Assembly (NCBI RefSeq): GCF_963921235.1
Contig: NC_086097.1
Coordinates: 192,822,001-192,886,000, forward strand
Reading direction: 5' to 3'
Origin: Mobula hypostoma
Taxonomy: Eukaryota
Length of the DNA: 64,000 bases
A program made the translations under genes and the position numbers. This document shows, piece by piece, positions 39,101-51,808 of this stretch; the stretch's first letter is position 1; every line of letters begins with the position of its first letter. The notes under the pieces were generated by a model. That model did no database searches, was not told the DNA's origin, and saw only the letters and a program-made list of their open reading frames with translations.

Positions 39101-39404
39101 TAGTTCGGCATTGTGGTCAGTGCAGACAATATGGGCTAATGAGCTTGTCTGTGTACTACATCATTTTGTATTCTGTGTAGCAATAGAGGGACAAAGGAAT
39201 GAAAACAAAAACTGAAGTGGAGGTATTTCTTGGAGGATTGAAGGGCTAGAGAATGTTGCAAATGTTGGGAGAAATGAACTCTTGGAGGAGTTTGATAGGG
39301 TGAGAAGTGCTCTGTATGGCATGGAATAAATCAGATGAGCTGTGCCTTATGGAAGGAAAAGTTTGAGTATCAAACTAAGAGGACAGTGGAATAGTGGCCT
39401 TTAT

Positions 39405-39895
39405 AGAAACATAGAAACATAGAAAATAGGTGCAGGAGTAGGTCATTTGGCCCTTCGAGCCTGCACCGCCATTTATTATGATCATGGCTGATCATCCAAC
39501 TCAGAACCCCGCCCCAGCCTTCCCTCCATACCCCCTGACCCCCATAGCCACAAGGGCCATATCTAACTCCCTCTTAAATATAGCCAATGAACTGGCCTCA
39601 ACAGTTTCCTGTGGCAGAGAATTCCACAGATTCACCACTCTCTGTGTGAAGAAGTTTTTCCTAATCTCGGTCCTAAAAGGCTTCCCCTCTATCCTCAAAC
39701 GGTGGCCCCTCGTTCTGGACTTCCCCAACATCGGGAACAATCTTCCTGCATCTAACCTGTCCAATCCCTTTAGGATCTTATACGTTTCAATCAGATCCCC
39801 CCTCAATCTTCTAAATTCCAACGAGTACAAGCCCAGTTCATCCAGTCTTTCTTCATATGAAAGTCCTGCCATCCCAGGAATCAATCTGGTGAATA
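39405..39895 (-). mobile_element. Young CR1 3' end
   Basis: Intact 127-aa C-terminus (39501-39884), CpGs retained, (catagaaa)n tail. Confidence 0.95.
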
Positions 39896-40509
39896 TAGAT
39901 TTAAAAGAAGCAGATGTGAGGCTTTTAACAGAAGATGTGCAGAATCAGAGGTGGAGATGAGTGATGTTTGGAATGGGACGAAGATCATGATTCTCCTAGA
40001 CAGGTAACAGAAACAGAACTTAAATATTGGTGGTGGAAGTTCAGAGTTAAGATAAGAAGAAAACTAGTAGGCACAAGAGGGACATTCATTTGAATGGATT
40101 GCCATTATCTTGGTGACAAAAAACCATGTGTTGCTCAGAAGTATGGGCAAGAAGTATAGGCAAGAAGTTTAAGAAAATGGTTGCTCATAGAAAAAGTGAA
40201 ACAACTTGGCAAAAAGTTAAAGTCACAGGCTAATTGTAATGAGTTGATCATGCTCTCAATGAATCTCATGCAGAACACAACTGTAAATCTCTAAAAGATT
40301 CCAGCAGTAAAACTGTCTACCCATGTTAAGGCTATGAACTCTTTGCCTGTCAGCAACCACATATAATAAACTTAATGACCATCAAATAGAAAAATATAAA
40401 ATAATGTTAAACTTCTCTTGCTTTGCTGCCTGACATCTACAGGAACTTCAATCAGAGAGAACCTCAGACAGTAGGTCCATCCCCAACGTACCCAACTTGC
40501 CACTATAAC

Positions 40510-40900
40510 TTTAGTGGGCACTTTATTAGGTACAGAAGGTACTGCAACCCATTCACTTCAAGTTTCAATGTGCTGTGCCTTCAGAGATGCTCTTCTGCAT
40601 GTCACTATTGTAATCCTTGGTCATTTGAGTTACTGTCGCCTTCCTGTCAGCTTGAACCAGTCTGGGCATTCTCTCCTGACCTATCTCATTAAAAGCATGT
40701 GTGCCCAAAGAACTGCTCCTCACTGGATGCTTATTTTTGTTTTTCACACCATTCTCTGTAAACTCTAGAGACTGGTATGTGAGAAAATCCCAGGAGATCG
40801 GCAATTTCTGAGATACTCAAACTACCCCATCTAGCACCAACAATCATTCCACAGTCAAAGTCACTTAGATCATGTTTCTTTGCCATTCTCATAAAGTGGA
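40510..40900 (-). mobile_element. Tc1-like transposon remnant (transposase N-terminal HTH)
   Basis: MAKKHDLSDFDCGMIVGARWGSLSISEIADLLGFSHIPVSRVYREW and RLVQADRKATVTQMT; TIR-like agtgggcactttattaggtaca at about 40513. Confidence 0.88.
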
Positions 40901-40914
40901 CACAAAGTGTAAAA

Positions 40915-41570
40915 GGCCATAAAAGATGTAGGAGCAGAATTAGGCCAGTCATCCCATCAGATGAGTTCCACCATTCCATCAAGGCTGATTTATTATCCAT
41001 CTGAACATCATTAGCCTGCATTCTCCCCTTGACCTTTGACATCCTTACTAATCAAGAATCTATCAAACTCCACTTTAAATATTCTCAATGACTTGGCCTC
41101 CACGGCCATCTAAGACAATGAATTCCCTAGATTTACCACCATCTGGCTAAAGAAACTCCCTCTCATCTCTATTCTAAAGGGACAAGTTTCTATGCTAAGG
41201 CTATGCACTCTGGTCCTAGGCTCCCACTCTACAGAAAACATCCTCTTCACATCCACATCCACTCTCTCTTGACTTTTCAAAATTCAATAGGTTTTAATGA
41301 AACTCCCCCTCATTCTTCTAAACTCCAGCAAGCACAGGATCAGAGCTATCAAATGTTCCTCATATCATACTGTATGTTAACTCATTCACTCCCAGGATCA
41401 TTCTCATGAACTTCCTTTCCAATGGTAGCACATCTTTCTTAGATAAAGGAACCAAAACTATTCACAATATTCCAAGTGCAGTCTGACTAACGACTTGCAA
41501 AGACTCAGCATTACATCATTGATATTATATTCTATTCCTCTCAAAATAAATAATAACATTGCATTTCAGA
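40915..41570 (-). mobile_element. CR1 3' fragment
   Basis: Homologous to 868-1520. Confidence 0.85.
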
Positions 41571-41814
41571 ATCAGATTCAGACTCAGATTTAATATCAGT
41601 GGCGTATGTTATGAAATTTGTTATCTTAGCAGCAGCAGTACAATGTGATACATGATAGTATAGGAAATAATAAGTAAATCAATTAAAATATATAATAATA
41701 TATTCACACATGTACAAATATATGTATGTTAAAATAAAAATAGTACAAAAACAAAAATAATATTCAAACAAAAGTGAGGTAGTTTTCATGGGTTCAATGT
41801 CAGTTTAGGAATTG

Positions 41815-43420
41815 GATAGTTAGGAAGGAAGCTGAGAAGCAGGACCTCCAGGGTAGTAATCTCAGGATTGCTACCTGTGCCACGTGCTAGTGAGGGCAAG
41901 AGTAGTAGGATCAGGCAGATGAATGCGTGGCTGAGAGACTGGTGAAGGGGGCAGGGCTTCAGATTCTTGGATAATTGGGATCTCTTCTGGGGGAAGTATG
42001 ACCTGTTCAAAAAGGACAGGTTACACCTGAACCCGAAGGGGACCAATATCCTGGCGGGAAGGTTTAATAGAGCTGTTAGGGAGGGTTTAAACTAATTTGG
42101 CAAGGAGATGGGAACCGGGATGATAGAGAGGAGGAGGGGGAAAAACAGAAATAAATCTAAGATAGTGAGCAGTAAAGATGTCAGGAAGTGCAGGCAGGGG
42201 ATGAGGCAAATTTGCAGCCATTGGGATGAGCTGCAGAGCAATCAAAGCAAAAAGTTCCAAATACTGGACTTAAGGTGTTATACTTAAATGCACGCAGCAT
42301 AAGGAATAAGGTGGATGATCTTGTCGTACAGCTACAGATTTGCAGGTATGATATTGTGGCCATCACTGAGACGTGGCTAAAGGATGCATGTCTCTGGGAG
42401 CTGAACATCCAAGGATACACTGTGTATCAGAAGGATAGGCAGGTAGACAGAGGGGGAGGCGTGGCTTTATTGGTAAGAAATGATATTAAATCATTAGAAA
42501 GAGGTGACAAAAGGATCGGAAGGTGCAGAATCTTTACGGGTTGAGCTCAGAAATCGCAGGGGTAAAAGGATCCTGATGGCAGGCCTCCTAACAGCTGTCG
42601 TGATTTGGACTACAAATTACAACAGGAAATAGAAAAGGCTTGTCAGAAGGGCAATGTTATTATAATTGTGGGGGATTTTAACATGTGAGTGGATTGGGAA
42701 AATTAGGTCGGCACTGGATCTCAAGAGAGAGAACTTGTAGAATGTCTACAAGATGGCTTATTAGAACAGCTTGTTGTTGAGCCCACTAGGGGATAGGCTG
42801 TACTGGATTGGGTATTGTGTAATGAACCAGAGATGATTAGAGAGATTGAGATGAAGGAACCCTTAGGAGGCAGTGATCATAACATGATTGAGTTCACCGT
42901 GAAATTTGAGAATGAGAAGCCAAAATCTGATGTGTCAGTATTTCAGTGGAGTAAAGGAAATTACAGTGGCATTAGAGAGGAACTGGCCAAAGTTGACTGG
43001 AAAGGGACACTAGTGGGAAGGACAGCAGAGCAGCAGTGACTGGAGTTTATGCGAGAAGTGAGGAAGGTACAAGACAGATATATTTCAAAAAGAAGAAATT
43101 TTCAAATGGAAAGAGGATGCAACTGTGGCTGACAAGAGAAGTCAAAGCCAAAGTTAAAGCAAAGCAGAGGGCATACAAGGAAGCGAAAATTAGTGGGAAG
43201 ACAGGATTGGGAAGTTTTTAAACTTGCAAAAGGAAACTAAGAAGGTCATCAAGAGGGAAAAGATGAACTATGAAAGGAAGCTAGCAGATAATATCACAGA
43301 GGATGCTAAAAGCTTTTTCAAGTATATAAAGAGTAAAAGACAGGTGAGAGTAGATATAGGACCAATAGAAAATGATGCTGGAGAAATTGTAATGGGAGAT
43401 GAGGAGATGGCAGAGGAACT
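41815..43420 (+). mobile_element. CR1 internal fragment (ORF1 esterase end to APE and linker), truncated at both ends
   Basis: VVISGLLPVP, YLNARSIRNKVDDL...ITETWL, GGSDHNMIEF, SFFKYIKSK. Confidence 0.92.
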
Positions 43421-44089
43421 TGCCAATATCTACTATTCAAGTTGAGGGCACACTCTCCCTACCAAGAAGGTACTTCCAGCTAACAAAGTAGTTAAAACAT
43501 TTCTTTTATTTTCTGTGATACATGATTAAATCCAATCAACATTCTTAAAACACATTTAAAACTGGAAGAGGATTTTTCAATCTTATATATTCAGAAATTA
43601 CAAACCATTTCTAAAACACAAAGCATTTCTGAAAAAAACAAAGCACAGAGCATCAAGGATTTCGAAAACACAGGTACAGTTCCTATTAACTAAACAGGCG
43701 TATCCCCGAGTTGCTGGAATCAATCATTCATCGTAGAAATTGAAGGCAAAGGAATGGATTCTAATTCACCTTAAGTTCCTTCTATGGCTTCTTAATGTTC
43801 CTTACGCAACTCCCAATAAGCCTCAACTACTCTCTACACTTATACTGTTTCTCTGTCACTTGGGTGACTTTTGGTGAATGCTGTAAAGCTAACCTCAAGT
43901 GCATATAACTTCCAGCAATAATAAATCAATTATTTGATATGCTCAATGATATTACCTATTTGATCTGCAAGCTTCCTTGAACTAAGCAACTTAGTCTGCT
44001 TGTCTGTTTGAAACAATCCAAATTAAATAGCCTGTTGCCTTATACTGACCACTTAAGCAGTAATAAACCAGGTATAGTTACTTATTACA
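43421..44089 (-). repeat. Possible LTR-like segment
   Basis: On the minus strand it starts TGTAATAAG, has AATAAA near 43505 and ends in CA where the CR1 is cut. No TSD found. Confidence 0.25.
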
Positions 44090-44311
44090 GACAGAGTGTT
44101 TTCTAAATACAGAGCTTCTTTGCAAAAATGTGTATTAACTTCAAACTGACTATTGCTTTCCATTTATATTTTAAGAACTGAAGACTGACTTCCATTTATG
44201 ACAGGAAGGTAACCAAAGCAATATTAGTTGGGTGTTTACTTACATCTGTCTGTGATCTTACAAGTGGTAGCAGCTGTGTTCAGAAAGCAAAATCAGCAAA
44301 CATGAGATCAA

Positions 44312-46068
44312 TGGTTGCAGGAGTTGAGTCTGAGACTGCAAGAAGTGCTTCTGACAGCTCTGGAAACATTCCTCCTTCCTTTTTCGTAGTTTGTGCATCT
44401 TGATATTGGGAAGGTGCATTTAGTTCACTAGTGTATTCCCTTATTAAGCCTTCAGTTTCTCACTTTACAATCCAATCCATCCTCTTGGATTCCACATCCA
44501 CAACAACATCTGACAAATCCTCTGTTTTTGTATCTCTATTAACTCCTTTCTCTTTGGCTTTCCATTCATGCAGCTGGGCTTTGGTCTTTGCATTTACTTT
44601 TACCAGCAGCTTCTTGTCTCCAACTTGAAGTTCATGTAATAACCTTAATGGGCACAGAGTAGATTCTGGTTCCTTATACTCACAAATGCCAAACACTTGC
44701 AACTTTCCTAAAGCTCCTTGAACTCTCTTCCAACTTAAATCCAAGCCACATTTCACAAGTAACAGTCTGATTAAAACATTAGTAGCTTTCTCAAATATAT
44801 TACCTAGAAAAACTGTGTAGTTGGACCATTGTTTTTGTTACTTTCACAATCACGCTGAGTAGTATTATCCTTCCTTGGTCTAATATGCTTTCCAAGCAGA
44901 GGTACACAGGTTGGCACCAACACCTGTTTGTCCTCTGTTTATGGTGTTCAGTATGGAGATAGTTGTGGCATCATCCTGTAACTTTTGAATTCACTTTCAG
45001 TTGGCTTCATTGCAAGGAATGTGGCATGTAACTGGTGGATGGATCTCCAGTCAAGTTGTAGTGGTCTCAGCCAATCACGCACCCACAATGCTGATCCTTC
45101 TGTTTTTTTAAACCATATACAAGCTCAATTTAGCTTGTTGGTTGTTGGTTGTTTTAATGTCATACCCACAAGTGTTATCTTTTCTCCAGTATAATTTCTT
45201 AGTTGAATATATTCAGGTTTCAGTTTGGTGTCTTTGAAATGCTATTCAAACTCATTTTATGAACTGACTGAAACAGTGTCTAATTCCATTTTAATTAATT
45301 TGCCATTTATGCTAGCATAAGCCATATTGCTTGCCCATTGTTAGTTTACACACGACAAATCTCAAGGCTCAACCAGTCCTATGTCACCCTCATCATTATC
45401 AGAATTTTCACCAACAGCATGCAGTTTAATGGTTTTTTGAATTTGCACTGTGACTTTACAGCCTTTTCTTTTTGTCTGCCTAACATGCTCTTTGAATATG
45501 TCCTACTTTGTTGCATTTTCTGCAAGTTTCATCTTTAAATCTGCATTTGTTTGGTGTATGTGAACTCCTGCCACAACAATAACACAAATTTGTTTTGCCA
45601 GTCTAGTTCCTGTTTAGCTGCTGTAATTCAATTCATTTACTTTCATTCCTGACTGCAACTCAATAGTATCTCCGTCTGCAGTTTCCATTAAAACAGCTAT
45701 TTCAACTGCTCTTTTAAATGTAGCTGTGCTTCAGTTAGGAGCTGTTTTTGAATGCTTTCTTTAAGATTCCACAAACTAAACTATCTCTTAGTGTATCATT
45801 AAGCTTATTACCCAACTGACAATGCTCAGATAATCTCTTCAATTTGGTCACACACACTGAAATGCACTCCTTTTTATTTTATTCAGCATATGAAACCTTA
45901 ATCATTCTGCAATCAACAGGGGCTTTGGTTCTAACTATTCCTGTATTACTTTGACATTATCAACAAGCTTTTCTTAACATTAAGTAATTATTTGAATAAG
46001 CAAGAATGCTTAATTAAATAATATGCACCAAATTACTCAAACATTACTTAAATATTAAATACACAACA
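44312..46068 (-). mobile_element. Gypsy LTR retrotransposon remnant (partial 5' LTR, gag, protease) containing an RBM25 fragment
   Basis: TG-start AT-rich segment at 46068; gag remnants LEPKPLLIAE and FKRAVEIAVLMETAD; protease IKMELDTVS at about 45270-45295; QLRNYTGEKI and RDWLRPLQLDW. Confidence 0.8.
44371..44923 (-). pseudogene. RBM25: Processed pseudogene fragment of RNA-binding protein 25 (RRM region)
   Basis: VLVPT...GKH...GPTT(frameshift)VFLGNIFEKATNVLIRLLLVKCGLDLSWKRVQGALGKLQVFGICEYKEPESTLCPLRLLHELQVGDKKLLVKVNAKTKAQLHEWKAK...IVK*ETEGLIREYTSELNAPSQ matches vertebrate RBM25. Intronless, with a frameshift near 44815 and an in-frame TGA at 44460-44462. Confidence 0.93.
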
Positions 46069-47460
46069 GAAACCATGCTGACTTTGCTCTATTTTATCAT
46101 ATGAGATGTCTGATTAGTGAAATAATGAGAAAATCATATGATAGATGCCAGCAGCACTCAGCCAGCTCATGGGTGTTTACTACTTTTTCCATAATTTAGC
46201 AACTCAAAGTCTGTGCCTTCACATGTCCATCACAAGCTTTAACCTGTTGTGTCAAATGTTTTAAACTATGGGCTAAATAAGTACAGGAGGTAGAACATGC
46301 ATTAGTCCACTACGGATACTAGACTAAGTATATTACATTTCCAGTACCGACATTGGACAGGAATTTTGAATATCATATCCATTATCGTTTCTGGAGATGG
46401 AATTCGGAGTTCAGTAATGTTTGCTTTGTTATTTCACTGAACCATCAAAACTGAAATCTTAGCTGAAAATACAGCAACAAACACTTGATTTTCTTTTTTG
46501 TATGATTTTGGATGGCATGCATTTCAAATTGGAATTTTAAAATGTGAGGTTTCGACCTGGAGCTAACAGACCCAAAGATTTGCTGCTACTCAAATGGAAC
46601 TGAAGGTTAAGGATCAAAAAGCTTAACATAATCATGTTATAAGTGAAAATATTTTAAAACTTTCTATTGTATGTATTGATGTGTAATGTCACAATCCAAG
46701 TCATCAATTCTCTATCAGAAAGTGGCTCAAAATGTTCCAGAATTTACACATTCAGGTTAATTAAGAAGCTGGTGCCCAAGGTGACTAGAATCAGTTATTT
46801 CAACAAGAATGGTTCATTCCATCAACTCTGTTCATGGAACTCATTGAGATAAAGAATGAGTTCCATTCAGTGAGATAACTTGGAAGAAAAGTCTGATACC
46901 TCGAGTCAAAACCTAGGAGGCGTCACCTAGAAATTTACCAGTCCAGAAGAACATAAAGTAAGCCTACAGTTTAACTTTAGGCAAGTAGTAATGAGCTGTT
47001 TAAAACTGGTACTGTGTTAGTGTATGTTTTTATGGTTCTTTCTTTTGGTGTATTTCTTTAGAGCATCTTAATCTTAGTGAATGAGAGAGACAGACAAATA
47101 TCATTACCCAGTCTTGGTTATGCTATCTCTTGCTCCTTAATTAAAACATGTTTGCTGGTTTCTCCAGACTTGATTTATTATGTGAGCAGTTATCGCAATT
47201 TTCAAAGTTAACTCAACCTCAAAGTTACCTCGTACTCTTAAGAGGCATTTTAGAAAAGTACATCAACAGACAGGGAATGAAGGGATATTAACCAAGTGCA
47301 GGCAGATGGTATGAATTTAGTTTGACTTTATGTTCAGTACAGGCATTGTGGGTCAAAGAGGTTGTTTCTATGCTATGCTGTTCCATGTAACAATTTTCAT
47401 AACTGAAGTTGACTCTCAGCCTTCACTATGAAAGATGCTTTTCCAGGGCTTTCAATTTAC

Positions 47461-47507
47461 CAGCTGGCGAATTGATTGACAGCAGCAGAGTTTTAGTCCT
47501 TTGGCTG
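47461..47507 (-). CDS. Candidate exon 3 of minus-strand gene (AAKGLKLCCCQSIRQL)
   Basis: ttttcattctag acceptor (NAGNAG tag/cag) and CTG|gtaaat donor, 47 nt. Phase 1->0 bridges the flanking exons exactly. Confidence 0.6.
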
Positions 47508-48061
47508 CTAGAATGAAAATTCAAACTTGGCAGCATATATGGAATTCTAAAGCTTTTTCTGCTTTACATAGCTTATTTCAAGGAAACCTTGGAATTAAGC
47601 TTCATAGAGGTTATAAAAAAAGCAAGGAAGTATCACCATTTTTTCTTGCCCATCTTTCATTGCGTTCCTCTATTTTGGCTGCTGCTGAGTTGTGCATTCA
47701 CTACTCTAAACTCTGACTGTTGTTTTAATTATTTTCCAAAGACCTTGTAATGCCTGGTAAAGGTTATAGGTGTGTTTCCAACCAGTTATTACATTGTGAT
47801 TAATAGCAAAAATGGCATATTATTGACCGCTGTTGAAAATATGTATTTGTGAACATCAGGTGAGGGAAGCTTCAATTGACATTCTGTACAAAATCTCATA
47901 CAAATTATTAAATAAATTTTGATTCCATAGTTGCCATGCTGGGGCTTGAACTAATTTCTCTGGATCAGTAATAGATCCGCTATCGCAACACCACACCGTT
48001 GTGAACTTTACGGCTTCTTCCTCTCAAGCAGACTTCTCACTGATAGAAAGCAATGCCTGAC

Positions 48062-48222
48062 CTGCCAGAGAAGTGAGAGATGTATAGTGCCTTCCTCCAT
48101 TCCATGTATTAAGTGCCTTTCCACTTTCTCGCCAGTCGGTTATTGCTACCAAAACTGCCTTCAATTCTGAAGGTGAATACACAAGTGCATTGAAAACTTT
48201 GGTACCAGTCTTATTCAGTGAC
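48062..48222 (-). CDS. Candidate exon 2 of minus-strand gene (SLNKTGTKVFNALVYSPSELKAVLVAITDWRESGKALNTWNGGRHYTSLTSLA)
   Basis: gtgtccag acceptor and CAG|gtcagg donor, 161 nt. Only the phase 2->1 frame is open (part of ORF 48024-48332). Confidence 0.7.
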
Positions 48223-48656
48223 CTGGACACACATGGAGTGATCCAAGGAATAAAATGCCAACTAATTTTTGAAACAATTGTTGAACTGAATGTGTCCTTT
48301 AGTTTCTCCACCATCCCACTTTTGTTTTGCAAACAATTTTCATTGACATTGTGATTATGTTGACACTAGTTTAACAACTTTTGTTTTATATCACAATGTA
48401 AGAGAACCTAAATTTTTTCCCATCATTTTTTTTTTGAGTTGCAGGCAGCTCAAATAATTCAGGACTGAATATGAACATAGTGCTTACGTAAATAGTTTCA
48501 TGTTAGTTTTAGTTATCTACTACATTTGCCATTCTGATCAAAATACATACTTATTATTCACTAAACTTCAATGAAAACATGGTTTTTGTGAACCTTAGCT
48601 AAGATTTGGACAAATTTGAGAAGGTGTAAATTGAACCAATTTTCAACATACAGTAC

Positions 48657-48696
48657 CTGACTTTTGACCATCTGTTCACACACCAGTACTTTTGGC
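48657..48696 (-). CDS. Candidate exon 1 of the recovered chain (xQKYWCVNRWSKVR)
   Basis: Poly-T tract with caaccag acceptor and CAG|gtactg donor, 40 nt. Phase 1->2 joins the next exon. Confidence 0.6.
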
Positions 48697-51600
48697 CTGG
48701 TTGTGAAAAAAAAAGACTGAAGGTTCACCATTATCTGCCACATAAATGAGATTTGAGGAGATGAGGCACTAAACAAATAACAAAAGAGAATTTGAAGAGT
48801 TCAGAATCTGTTGTTACAGCTTTAAGAATAATTTGTGATACTTTTATTGTACTTAAACAATAATTCATTTTTTGGAAACAATTTTACGGTTATATATTAC
48901 TCTGTGGAGATGCTATTTCACCTTCACCCATAATACATACTGTATGTGGTGACTGATTTTATTTTGAAGTGGAGCAGAAATACCACTTGAATGGAAAGTT
49001 AGACAGAACTCAGATCTTACCCAACCATATCAGCATCAGACATTTGGTAGAGAAAGTGACTGTGTGAGCTTGTTTAAGAAAAGTGGCTTCCTTAATCAAT
49101 ATTTGATGCATGAGGACTATCAGTGCACCAATTAGGAAGACAGCTGTGTGAGAAAGCAGAGTTCAAGTGCATTGTCTTATTAACGCAAATAGATAACACG
49201 TCAATTACTTTGGAAAACTTGTAACCCTCTGTGAATCTATGTGAAAGCAGAGGGGATGATGTTCATGCTGGATGGAAATGGCTGAGAGGTTTGAGGTCTA
49301 TATCGTCACTCCAGGCCCAGTCTTCAAATTGGGAAGATGTGTAATGACTACACAACAGCAGGAAGAATGAGTACTTTTCTTCATCACTCCATTTCACTCC
49401 ACACTACCTGACAACAATTTTTTCAGTTCTTACCATCTTCTCCACTGGAATCTATATTTGCCGCACCTCCATCATATTAATCAATCCACTTTAGCAAAGA
49501 CATTTGAATACTCCTCTTTCACAGTCCATACACAATTTTGTCTGCTTTCCTTTCTTCACATCATGCAAAAGCACCTTGGTGTTTTCACATTCCAGTCACT
49601 GCAGTACTAGGTTCTCTTTCCAGCAATCTTTTCTCACTTCATAATCCACATATTTCCTTTCACATTCATCACTTCACCAGCCACTTAGCTTCTTCCCCAG
49701 TTCTCAGCACATAAGCTACATGCACAAACTGCTCTAAATCTCTAACACTTTCTGACTCCAAATTTCTCTCTGTGGAACAGAACCATAGGGAAGAATACCT
49801 AACATCCACTGTTGACTATTATGAACTGATCTAGGTTAGGCATTTCACAGTACAACACTTAATTAACCATAGCTCACACTTTATTGTCTCTGTACAAACA
49901 TCAACTTTACTATGTTGACCGAAGGCCAACAACTTAAACTGCTCCTTCTTTACCAATACTCACTCAGACCACTTCTCCATTTTATAACTCTGAAATAGGG
50001 GATCTCCTGTTAGCCAGACGATTGATCCCTCTTCCCCCTACCCTGGCATGGGGATCATTCTTGCAATAGCTAGTCTCCAGAGTTCTCATGCTCTGCATTC
50101 AAAACTCCATACCTTTATGCTCACCTCATCAGTTGTGCTCCAATCTTGCTGACTCTGGCCTATCTGACTAACGTGTGTCAGCTTCCCATTGGATCTGATC
50201 CAAGCCAACGTCAACTTATTGCCCTTCTCCAAGTGACAATTTGTAATTAATGCCTCTTTGTTCTGAATTAGCCAGCTACCAAGCTGTAATTACTTGGGTC
50301 AGACACAGACTCCACTATTCATAAATCTGTATATTTTATTGTACCAAAGAACATCTCACAAATATCTCCTTATTTGGAAATGATGTCTAGTTCAGCAGAT
50401 TATCAGGTACATCATTCTGTCCACTTTAAAAAAGATATTCCTAAGTAAAACCAGCTCACAAAACTACTCACAAAATGGAGGTTACAGAGCAGCTTCACAA
50501 AATGGCAACCTCCATTCCTTCAATCACATGACAAGAACAATAGGCAAAGGACAGTCTATTTCCACTGTCCTTGACATACTGCAGTTCAATGTTTTCTTCC
50601 GTATTCCAATTTCATGATGGCCAACACCATGCACTCACACATTACTCATGGATATTAATACCCTGCAAACAGCCAAGAAGCTGGGGCACACTACCCTGAA
50701 CTAGACATTCACTCATCCTGCCAATATTCAGCAAGATTCACTACCAGTCTGGAGATCTGTTTACTGTTCAACATACAGTACTGTATTAGCTCTCTTTACT
50801 ACTAACCCCGGACCTCCTTCAGTAGGTTAAGCCACCAGCCGAAAAATACCTTTTCATTCCACACAAGCACCTGCTCAGACACTATTAGTTCAATGGTGAA
50901 GGAATACGCAACACAAATAAGAAATGTTGGGTGCCTTTGACAGAAGTGGCACAGGCTGCAGCTCATTAGGTGGTGAGGTCTTCTGAACAAGCAGAAAGGT
51001 GGAGCTGTTGAGGTCATCAAAAGAAAACTGCTTGCCTCACTGAAAGTAATGTTGGTCAGATGATATCAAAGTATGTCCAGTTAAAATGGCCACAGATAGA
51101 GAAGAATTGGAAACAGAAGAGAAATATCCCAATATTTTAACTCACCAATTCATTCTCCTCTCCATTGGGTTAAAGTTCTCATTTTTACTTCAAATTTCAA
51201 TATGTTTATGTAATGGACTTAGGCTTTTGAGTTATTGCTCCATATGTACACTAGCGTACATGTGCCAAACACACAGTAAGTGGTGAATTCACATGGTGGG
51301 ACATAATGACTTTAGATCAAACATTTCTCTTACTGCTTTATGTATTTTAATAGAATTTCTGGTATTATTTATTTTAGTTATTATCTTTGGCACATGCATA
51401 AAAGCTATATATATATATATATTTAATATAAATAAAATGAGAGTTCAGATAAAATTGAGAAGACCAAGATGGTATTTCGTTGATGAAATAACATTTGTTG
51501 CTTTGGATGGTAGCAACTATATTCATTATTGCATTTGTCAAAAATAACCTGGTACTCCAATGCTACAAGTGATGATTTTGTCTACAGATTTGACATACAC

Positions 51601-51808
51601 CAATTAAAGAGGTAATGTGGAAGAAGGGAATACAAACTGGTTTGAATTGGACCAGCTGTTCCCTTTGAGTTAATAATGAATGAAGAATGCAAAAAAAATG
51701 TTAATTTCATAGAACAAAATGTTTCTGGAATGTATTATTCAGCACTCAGTGCTCATTTCTCCTCAGTACACAAACACAAGTTTGAAAAAAAGCATATTTA
51801 GCAGAGGA

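Noticed and set aside
44460..44756. RBM25 as a functional gene
   Set aside because: Intronless partial copy with a frameshift, an in-frame stop and RRM substitutions.
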